From: Saccharolobus solfataricus
GTDB lineage: Archaea; Thermoproteota; Thermoprotei_A; Sulfolobales; Sulfolobaceae
Assembly (NCBI RefSeq): GCF_900079115.1
Contig: NZ_LT549890.1
Location: 1,230,001 to 1,262,000 of the forward strand
Reading direction: 5' to 3'
DNA length: 32,000 nucleotides
In this document: positions 20,403-28,511 of the stretch, in pieces
Numbering within the stretch: the first letter of the stretch is position 1
Layout: each line of letters starts with the position of its first letter
The notes under the pieces: model-generated
What the model was told of the DNA's origin: nothing
Databases searched by the model: none
The model's input: only the letters and a program-made list of their open reading frames with translations
Position numbers and translations under genes: made by a program

Positions 20403-20600
20403 AATTTTATTAATTCAGTACAAATCATATGAAGTGTTAATTCATCTTCAATTTAACGTATGATTCAAATGTTGAAAAGAGAAGAGGAGGCAATTTTTAA
20501 TTCTTTTTCAAAAATTTTATTACATAACTAAAGTATCTGATAAATGTGGCATTAGAGAAATTTAAACTTAGTTTCAAATGCATGAAATCGTTATCCATTC
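20403..20600 (+). repeat. copy C of the intergenic sequence family, oriented toward the ATPase gene at 20820
   Basis: AATTTTATTAATTCAGTA...CTTCAATTTAACGTATGATTCAAATGTTGAAAAGAGAAGAGG...AGAGAAATTTAAACTTAG aligns by eye with copy A from 13622 onward and with copy B. Confidence 0.7.
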
Positions 20601-20783
20601 TTAGGATTAGAAAAGTATTACAAACTTAAATTGAACATTTTTACATAAATTGAAAGGAACATAACAGTAGTGTGGTGGTAAAAAACAACTGATCGATAAA
20701 TCAGTATTCTTAAGAACGGTTTTATGTTTACGATGTTACTGGTTATTATTTCCAAGCAAGTCTTAATAAAGGGAAAAAATTAT

Positions 20784-20822
20784 AACTTCTGGGGCAGAAG
20801 TTGAATTCTGGGGCAGAAGTTG
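20784..20822 (+). promoter_or_regulatory. tandem palindromic operator-like repeat overlapping the ATPase start codon
   Basis: The 17-nt unit TTCTGGGGCAGAAGTTG occurs twice (20787-20803 and 20806-20822, period 19). The first copy sits in a perfect palindrome AACTTCTG-GGG-CAGAAGTT (20784-20802). An A/T-rich TATA-like AAAAAATTATAA lies at 20774-20785. Confidence 0.6.
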
Positions 20823-21881
20823 CTATTTGATGAAAGGCCTAAAGAAAACAGAGAAGACTTGTTTGATAGGGAAAAAGAGATTAAAGAAATAATGAGTAAC
20901 ATTAACAGGCCTTTGATTTTAATCACTGGAGTCCGAAGAATAGGTAAAACATCAGTATTAAAAGTCGCACTTAATGAGATAAAAATACCCCATGTCATAA
21001 TAGATTGTAGAAACTTACGCCCTAACTACAGTAGAGGGGATCTATACTCACTATTCTCTAACGCTTTTTCATCAAAACTATCCACCTTCCTTGACGTGCT
21101 AAGTAAGATAAGAGGGGTTAGCATTTTAGGTAACAGCGTTGAACTAAAATGGAAGGGTAGAGAATACGTCAGTTTATCAGATCTTTTTGATCATTTGAAC
21201 GAGAAAAGGATAGTAATAGGGATTGACGAAGCTCAAAAATTGAGGGGACCATTATCAAATGAAATAAAAGAAGCTATTGCTCATGCTTACGATTATGACA
21301 AAAACTTAACCTTTATTTTAACGGGCTCTGAGGTGGGACTACTTCATGACTTTTTAGGAGTAGAGGACCCCGGGTCACCGCTCTATGGTAGATACTATTT
21401 CGAGATAACGTTAGAAAGGTTTGATAAAGAAAAGAGTAGGCAGTTTTTAAGAAAGGGTTTCGAGGAGTTATCATTAAAGGTCGAGGAGAATGTAATACAA
21501 GATATCATCGCAATGGTTGATGGTATCCCGGGATGGTTAACTTTAGCAGGTAATCAATATTTCAATAATAGGGATTTGAAAAGAGTAAAGGATCTGGCAA
21601 TAAACGTTGCTTTGAACGAAATTAACAGCTTGATCTCGGTTAAAAATAACGTCTCTCCCATTGTAGCAAAACGTTACAGAACAGTCCTAAGGTGTATAGC
21701 TAAGGGAATGAATAGTTGGAGTAAGATACTCAATTGTGTACAAAATGAGGAAGGTAGTACAATTTCCACTAGTGTTCTTAGTAACATTCTAAATACTTTG
21801 AAGAAATTGAGCATCATCGACGAAAATTACCGATTTTTAGACCCAGTTTATAAGGAAGCGTCTAGGATGCTTAGAAATTAA
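20820..21881 (+). CDS. archaeal ATPase family protein (Arch_ATPase/PF01637-like P-loop with C-terminal DUF234-like wHTH)
   Basis: N-terminus LFDREKEIKEI, Walker A LITGVRRIGKTSVLK, Walker B IVIGIDEAQKL, and a helical C-terminal region. TTG start at 20820. Confidence 0.8.
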   Translation: MLFDERPKENREDLFDREKEIKEIMSNINRPLILITGVRRIGKTSVLKVALNEIKIPHVIIDCRNLRPNYSRGDLYSLFSNAFSSKLSTFLDVLSKIRGVSILGNSVELKWKGREYVSLSDLFDHLNEKRIVIGIDEAQKLRGPLSNEIKEAIAHAYDYDKNLTFILTGSEVGLLHDFLGVEDPGSPLYGRYYFEITLERFDKEKSRQFLRKGFEELSLKVEENVIQDIIAMVDGIPGWLTLAGNQYFNNRDLKRVKDLAINVALNEINSLISVKNNVSPIVAKRYRTVLRCIAKGMNSWSKILNCVQNEEGSTISTSVLSNILNTLKKLSIIDENYRFLDPVYKEASRMLRN

Positions 21882-22045
21882 TTTATAATTTTAAGTATTT
21901 CAACTCTTTTTTGAGAAAATCGTATCATTATATTGGTATATTCAGGACAATCTTGACCTTATATTAGGGACTTACTAGTTAACCTATTATTCATTTAGGT
22001 TTTACCTCCTTGGTGAGATGATTTGGCCATTCGTCAAAAGACTCT

Positions 22046-23190
22046 ATTACAAATGCTAAAAGCCTTGCCCTTCTAGGGGCTGGGATGAAAGTCTAAATAC
22101 ACCCTTTCTTCTTAAAATATTTCGTGGCTAGGAGGAGGGGTAAGAAAAACCCAATCAGAGCTACTGTTGCAATGAAGATTGGCCTCACTCAATCTCTCCT
22201 AGACCTATCAAACAACTATGTTAAGCATTAAGGTATTTGTTATTCTGGTTGAAAGAAAAAGGGGTGAATCATAACCAGAACAAGAAGAAACTCCTCGATT
22301 TAGTCCACCAAAGTGTTGGCGAACTACCAATATTGGTTATCCCAGAAACTTAAAGGAGTACTTGAACTGGAGAATGAAGGAAACTAAGCTTGTTATTAAA
22401 GGTGATGAGGCATACCTTAAAGTCGTTTTTGAGAAGGAAAGGGAAGAGATAATACCAAAGGAGAGTGTAGCAGTAGATATAATATGGATGACGTTGTAGT
22501 TGGGAAAGACGATGTTAAATACGTTAGGATCCCAACTAGACTGGCTGAGGCTCATCATTGGAAGTCATTAGCTGAGTCCCTACAAAGAAAGTATTCAAGG
22601 AGGTGGAGGAGTAATAGAGAGATTCTATTGAGGATTCGTTCTTTTCATTTGAAGGCTAGGAGGATTATGGAGGATTTTGCAAGGAAAGTTGGTAAGTGGG
22701 TTGTTGATGAAGCCAAAAGGATGGGTGCTAATGTGGTTAAGTTAGAGAGGTTAACTAATATGATTAAACGTTAGTGCTTTCAGAAAGTTTATAGCTTTAG
22801 GCAAAGGATATACCACTAGATCATAGTCTAAGAACTTTTCCAAAATACTAGTGTGAGGAACCTTTCGTCGGGGTTTAGGGATCGTCTCTATTTAATGCCG
22901 TATCGCCGTGTTCAGTATTGGGTTGAGTGGGAGGCAATGAAGTGTGGTCTTCTAGTAGAATTCGTTAACCCTAAGTGTTCTTCTGTCCTATGCCCTAAGT
23001 TTGGGAAAAAATGGAGGAAAGCGTACATCGTTGATTTCATTGTTCTTGTGGTTATGAGAATGATCGTGATGTTATTGCTGTAGTTAATCTTAATGGGAGG
23101 GGGTCTCTGACTCTCTTGACTGCTCCTCAGATGAGACCCGAATCGATAAGGGGAACCGCCATTTATGGCGTTGAGAAAGTCAGAAGACTA
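22046..23190 (+). pseudogene. tnpB: decayed IS200/IS605-family tnpB element (multiple stops and frameshifts)
   Basis: The left end ATTACAAATGCTAAAAGCCTTGCCCTTCTAGGGG is homologous to 6092-6126. tnpB fragments lie in different frames: [40 protein letters not shown]...[12 protein letters not shown], then [43 protein letters not shown]. The zinc finger and DRDV motif are broken by a frameshift. The tail reads [20 protein letters not shown]. Confidence 0.75.
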
Positions 23191-23644
23191 AACAATGAAG
23201 GTAAAGAATTTGTTCGAGAATATTAAACACTTAAAAAGAGAAGTGTGTCACTTCAAGGAGGTCAAAGGAGAGACTCGGAGGACATGCGTTAGAGAAGTTA
23301 CTAGTTGCAGCGTGGTTGACGATGGATAATTTGTATTTCAACTAGAACTAATTATGCTAGCATTTCCAGTATTTCTTATTCTTCATAATTCATTAATATA
23401 CTATTTATAAAGTCAGAAAAGCAAAGCAGATCTTCTTTCAACATTCTATTTTAAGATAAATTTATAATGTGATGTTACTACTATAAAAACTATGAAAGAT
23501 TCTATTGAAACTTATAATAATGTTATTCTCTATATTAAGTTGCATTTAGTTAAAGGCCTAGAAAACTCTAGGAAAGGCCATAATATGTTTAAGCCATATG
23601 TAACAAGTCACTTAGTAGTAAGTAAAAAATAGAGGAGTTCACCT

Positions 23645-25459
23645 ATGCCATTACCAGTAATACTACATGAAACTACTCAAGTTAAAGATTTAGTTACTGC
23701 ATATAGGGAAACGTTTAATGAATATCCTTCTGTTGAACAAGAAAACACGTGGAGAAGGCTCTTAGATATACTTAAAGGCCTTAATATATCTCATCCTATA
23801 ATCATGGAATATCCAATATTTACAGAAAGAGTTGACACTATCTTTGTAGATAAAAATAGAGCCTTAGTAGTTGAGGCTAAGGGTTGGAAGAAAGTAGAAC
23901 GAATAGATGATCTCACTATTAAGGCTGATGGAGAGCTTCACTTAGATCCATGTTATCAACTAAACAACTATGTGACTAAATTAAACACTTTCCACTCCTC
24001 AAGTATAAAATTTGATGGTACGCTCTTCCTTTATAACACTATGGACTATTCCTCCTCGGAATGTGAAGTGTTAAGAAACCCTAATGATCTGAAGAAGAAA
24101 CTTGATAACTATTCGCCGGGAGGCATACAAGATGCTGACAAAATAGTAAACGGGAAGTTTGTATTAACCAAGGACTTCATTAAATTTGTTGCTGAAGTAA
24201 AAGAACATTTAAAAGGGAACGTGGCTAAGGCAATTTTACCTTATGGTTTTGGTCTAACAGAGGAACAAGGTTTAATCTTAAGCAAAGTTTTGAAAGCTCT
24301 TGAAGATAAAGATGTGAAGAAGAACTTTCTTATAAGAGGTGGTAGTGGGTCTGGTAAGAGCTTATTAGCCGTGACTATCTTCCTTGAAGCGTTTAGTAGG
24401 GGCTATTTCACTATCTTATCTTATGTGAATCAAAGATTACTAAATACCATAAGATTACTACTAGGTGGAAGTGAAAGGAAACGTAAAGAAGGTAATATTT
24501 ACAGAAGTAAAGCACAAGCTTTATCCCAGTTTATTATGTTTTACTCGACGGGTTATGGTTTCGGAGTGGGAGAGGAGAAGTTCCCGGAGTGGTTTAAGAA
24601 AACCTTTGAAAGAGATGTAGACGATATAGACTTAATCGTATTTGACGAAGCCCAAAGGATGAATGTTAACGTAATAAAAAATTCTTCAAGAGGAAGGGTT
24701 AACGTGTATTTTTATGACGACTCTCAGATATTATTAGGAGATGAAGAGGGGACTGAAGAGACCTTTAAAAAGTATCTTACCAACGTGGAAGAATACCAAT
24801 TATCCTCATCTATAAGGGTACCAAAGGATTATATAGAGGCAGTGAAAGGCTTACTTGAAGGGAGGAAAGTTACGGTAAGGGGCTATGATTTTAGGATCTT
24901 CAATGATGTAATGAGTATGATAAATGAATTAAAGAAAAGGAAAGACGAGGGCAGAAAAGTGGCGTTAATATGCAGCTTCACGGAATCTGTGGGTGATAAG
25001 AAAAATAAGACAAAGTGGACTTTAGAAAACATAAGGATAGGGTATCCGTTACAATCTGGTTTCGATCTTTACAAGAATACCAGTTTAAGGGTTAAGTGGC
25101 TTATGGATGAGAAAACTGAATATCCTAAATACTGGAGAGGAGAATTAGATCCCCTACAATACTGTGCCTCAGTATATGGTGCGCAGGGATTTGAGGCAGA
25201 TTATGTGGGAGTTGTATGGGGAAGAGACATGATATGGAGGGATAGTTGGACCGTCAATCCAGACCTTACACCTATTACGGATTATGTGGGTGGAAGGGAT
25301 TCCTTAAAAAAAGTGTTAAAAAGACACAAAACAAAGGCGCTTAAACTACTAAAGAATAGATATTACATTATGTTAACCAGAGGGATAAGAGGAGTTTATC
25401 TCTTCTTCGAGGACCGTCAAACTGGTGAGAAAGTAGATGAATTAGTTGAGGTTATGTAG
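23645..25459 (+). CDS. DUF2075-type P-loop NTPase (SF1-helicase-like) with N-terminal PD-(D/E)xK-like nuclease domain
   Basis: N-terminal RVDTIFVD...ALVVEAKGWK (a D...ExK pattern). Walker A IRGGSGSGKSLLA. Walker B LIVFDEAQRM. C-terminal YYIMLTRGIRGVYLFFED is typical of DUF2075. GAGG lies about 10 nt upstream of the ATG. Confidence 0.75.
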   Translation: MPLPVILHETTQVKDLVTAYRETFNEYPSVEQENTWRRLLDILKGLNISHPIIMEYPIFTERVDTIFVDKNRALVVEAKGWKKVERIDDLTIKADGELHLDPCYQLNNYVTKLNTFHSSSIKFDGTLFLYNTMDYSSSECEVLRNPNDLKKKLDNYSPGGIQDADKIVNGKFVLTKDFIKFVAEVKEHLKGNVAKAILPYGFGLTEEQGLILSKVLKALEDKDVKKNFLIRGGSGSGKSLLAVTIFLEAFSRGYFTILSYVNQRLLNTIRLLLGGSERKRKEGNIYRSKAQALSQFIMFYSTGYGFGVGEEKFPEWFKKTFERDVDDIDLIVFDEAQRMNVNVIKNSSRGRVNVYFYDDSQILLGDEEGTEETFKKYLTNVEEYQLSSSIRVPKDYIEAVKGLLEGRKVTVRGYDFRIFNDVMSMINELKKRKDEGRKVALICSFTESVGDKKNKTKWTLENIRIGYPLQSGFDLYKNTSLRVKWLMDEKTEYPKYWRGELDPLQYCASVYGAQGFEADYVGVVWGRDMIWRDSWTVNPDLTPITDYVGGRDSLKKVLKRHKTKALKLLKNRYYIMLTRGIRGVYLFFEDRQTGEKVDELVEVM

Positions 25460-25887
25460 TTTATACTATCGGTTAGCTGAGTATTTTTAGAACGTCCGTT
25501 ATTATCATGATAGTAGTGGAATATGAAGGTCTTAAAGTATACTTGAAAGATGAGGAAAGTCTCAACACTTTTCTGTTAAAATACGGAATTAGTAGAGATG
25601 AAGTAAAGATAGTCTATTATTAGAGACTTGACTAACAATTTTTTGCCTACAGAGATGAGTGTGGATAGCTGGCTAGATTTGGGTTTTCAAGAACTCTTAG
25701 ACGGTTTACTGTTTGCAGTATATTTAGCAAGAGCTTCTATAACTGCTGGTTATAGCGTAGGAAGGGATCAAATTGATGAAAGCTCTTAGGGAAAGTTATA
25801 GATCATCAAGAAGAGATTGTGAATCTTATGAAAAATTTGCTGAAATCAATAAAGAACTCATAAAGAGGATGAATTAAATGACTTTAT

Positions 25888-26195
25888 AGAGGAAGGTGAA
25901 CTTCTCCGCCCTCACGATGGAGATTTCCTGCTTCTCAGATTAACCTCGATCCCCATAGCGGAGGTTCCAACGAACTGTTCTGTAATGCCCCGTGTGGAAG
26001 AGAGGTTACGGAGGGTTTGCTCTCCACAGGCGTCAAGGTTAGTCCCAAGGATATGACCCTAGCGCTTCCAGCCAAGGTTTGATACATTTTATCATTTTTC
26101 CACTAATAAACGTTTCCAGGGCTATCCATCCTTACGGAAGGGGATTTTCGCCCCCTAACTTCTGATAAGTTAAAAATACAGCTAGGAACGCATTA
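25888..26195 (-). mobile_element. MITE-like internal-deletion derivative of a tnpB-type IS (left-end segment fused to tnpB 3' tail/right end)
   Basis: The reverse complement of 26195-26125 (ACTTATCAGAAGTTAGGGGGCGAAAATCCCCTTCCGTAAGGATGGATAGCC) matches 6168-6224 of the intact element. The reverse complement of about 26060-25895 encodes a tnpB C-terminal tail ending AAGCAGGAAATCTCCATCGTGAGGGCGGAGAAGTTCACC. Compare AAGCAGGAAGCCTTGTCCGTTAGGGGAGGGTAGTTCACC at 7438-7476. Confidence 0.6.
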
Positions 26196-26736
26196 TCAAG
26201 AAACAAAAGTGAATGGCTTCCTTCTTGCATTCACTAAGATATGTCTTCTATTAGATATCGAATAAGACGACTGCTTGAGAACATTCCAAATTCTAAAATG
26301 CCTCTTGAATCTTCTGATTTTACATAAAGTATACTATAAAAATGTTTTTTAAACCGGAGAGCGGTAATTAAATTAATGATTGCAAAAGTATATTCATGTT
26401 TAGGTCCCATATATATTAAAATTGCAGAAGAGAAATGTGATGACATGGATAAAGTAATATCTGACTGGAAATATGCGTGCCTTATAGAATTCTTCGATGA
26501 GGAAGGGAATTTAGTGGAGTCAATAGATCCCAAGGAGTTATGAAAGAAAATAAGGGGGTAAAAAGAACTTTATTAAGGGCGATTCAGGTCTTCTTTGCGA
26601 ATTGTAATTTGTTAATAATGTCGATATAAAAATAACATTAGTAATAATACATCTCTACTATTAGTAGTTTTTCATCCAATTGAATTCGATCAATCTTTGA
26701 AATAAAGTGGGTTTACATTGAATACTTAAATCACCG

Positions 26737-28050
26737 CTATTTTAATACTTTCTGTTTTGCCTCTACAAACTGTTCAGCTTCAGTGGAACCTTCCATTGCA
26801 GTAGTGGACGCTTCTCCCCCAGACGCTATTGTTAACACTAGGTCAAAGTAATCTGTTCCAACCTCTCTCTGGTGGCTTACTGCAGTATAGCCTTCTGCTT
26901 GTGCTTGGAACTCTAACTCTTGTAGTCTTACATATGCTGGCATTCCTTCATTTCTATATGCTCTCGCTAATTTGAATGTATGGTAGTTAATTAAGTGCCA
27001 ACCTGCAAGAGTAATGAATTGGAATTTATAGCCCATTTCTCCCAATTCGTTCATGAACTTGCTAATTTTAGAATCATCCATAAATTTCTTCCAGTTAAAT
27101 GAGGGGGATAAATTGTACGCTAACATCTTACCTGGATAATGAGTGTGAATAGCCTCAGCAAATTGTCTAGCCTCTTCCAAATCTGGCTTAGAAGTCTCAA
27201 ACCACAATAGGTCAGCATAGGGTGCATAAGCTAATCCTCTAGCTATGGCGTATTCAATACCACCCTTTATCTCATAATATCCCTCTGATGTCCTCTTTCC
27301 TGTTAAGAATTGATTATCAGTCTCATCTACATCGTTAGATAAGTATTTAGCATTCAGTGCGTCTGTCCTTGCTATTAGTATTGTTGGTACTCCTAATACG
27401 TCAGACGCTAGTCTTGCAGCGTTTAGTACTCTTATAAATGCACTTATAGGGATCAGAACTTTCCCTCCTAAATGGCCACACTTCTTCTCTGCTGCTAATT
27501 GATCTTCGAAATGTACCCCTGCAGCCCCTGCCTCTATTAAGGCTTTTGTTAATTCGAAGGCGTGAATTGGACCACCAAAACCAGCTTCAGCATCTGCAAC
27601 AATAGGCAGTAAATAGTCAATATCATGTTTACCCTCACTCCAAGATATTTGATCAGCCCTTATAAGGGCGTTATTTAACCTCTTTACTAGGTTTGGAACG
27701 CTGTTAGATGGGTATAAGCTTAAGTCTGGATAAGTTTGATTTGATAAGTTGTTATCTGCAGCTACTTGCCATCCACTTACGTAAATAGCCTTAAGGCCCG
27801 CCTTTGCCATTTCCACTGCTTGGGAACCCGTTAATGCCCCAAATGTTGCCACATAGGGCTCAGTATTTAGTAAGTTCCAAAGTTTGTGAGAGGCTAACTT
27901 AGCTAAACTATACTCAATTCTAATAGATCCTCTTAATTTAACCACATCCAAGGGCTTATAATTTCTCTTTATTCCTCTCCACCTTGGATCTTCAGACCAC
28001 TCATATTCGAGACTTTTCTCCTCTTCAATCCATTTATCTCGGATGTTCAT
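26737..28050 (-). CDS. aceA: isocitrate lyase
   Basis: 437 aa with the ICL signature KKCGHLGGK and ICL/PEP-mutase-family sequence throughout. It lies downstream of malate synthase. Confidence 0.93.
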   Translation of the reverse strand: MNIRDKWIEEEKSLEYEWSEDPRWRGIKRNYKPLDVVKLRGSIRIEYSLAKLASHKLWNLLNTEPYVATFGALTGSQAVEMAKAGLKAIYVSGWQVAADNNLSNQTYPDLSLYPSNSVPNLVKRLNNALIRADQISWSEGKHDIDYLLPIVADAEAGFGGPIHAFELTKALIEAGAAGVHFEDQLAAEKKCGHLGGKVLIPISAFIRVLNAARLASDVLGVPTILIARTDALNAKYLSNDVDETDNQFLTGKRTSEGYYEIKGGIEYAIARGLAYAPYADLLWFETSKPDLEEARQFAEAIHTHYPGKMLAYNLSPSFNWKKFMDDSKISKFMNELGEMGYKFQFITLAGWHLINYHTFKLARAYRNEGMPAYVRLQELEFQAQAEGYTAVSHQREVGTDYFDLVLTIASGGEASTTAMEGSTEAEQFVEAKQKVLK

Positions 28051-28511
28051 TTTTTCATCCTAATCTATATACACATATTTTAATATATAAACTTTAGCAT
28101 TAATAGTTTATGTCTTTCCCTATCCAATTTAAAGATATTTTATCAACTTCTTGGCAAGGTCTAAAAAGTATTTATATTTTAAGGAATTTATAGTCAACAT
28201 TTCCATGTAATATTGACAAAAAGAAATCTTTTAATACGTCCTAAAAAGCGAAATTATAGTTAGATCTTCAACGTCATTAGTAGAATTTTACTTGACTCTA
28301 ATTGAGAAAACTAAACACTTTTTAACGAAACTCTAGCTATAACTCGCATAAGCCTTTAGCTATGCGTTTACTTAACATAAAAATTAGAGAAAATAAAAAG
28401 TATTTAGATCAAGGCAGTAGAACGAGATAACCTTATGTAAATTACGATTTTTTTACAAAAAAGAAGAGTCCCCTTCATTTTTTGTTTAAAAAATAATAAG
28501 AATTAACCTAT

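Noticed and set aside
26234-26533. 99-aa minus-strand ORF (TTG start) and an overlapping 55-codon plus-strand ORF (26376-26543)
   Set aside because: Neither has recognisable motifs or a convincing promoter, and they are mutually exclusive. I cannot decide from sequence alone whether either is real.
13576-26677. Imperfect direct repeat at both island borders (13576-13600 CATCACTACGTAGTATTTTTCATCC versus 26650-26677 CATCTCTACTATTAGTAGTTTTTCATCC) as possible att/target duplication
   Set aside because: The match is short, gapped and AT-rich. Its best part, the 10-mer TTTTTCATCC, also occurs at 28051-28060 immediately upstream of the aceA start codon, so chance or a common motif is likely. No integrase or tRNA target is present.
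28051-28511. 460-bp AT-rich spacer between malate synthase and isocitrate lyase, checked for a hidden small gene, tRNA or repeat copy
   Set aside because: No tRNA-like cloverleaf, no ORF with motifs and only trivial 8-13 nt similarities to the island repeat family (e.g. CTTGGCAA, GTTGAAGATC) were seen. It most likely holds the aceA promoter and regulatory region.
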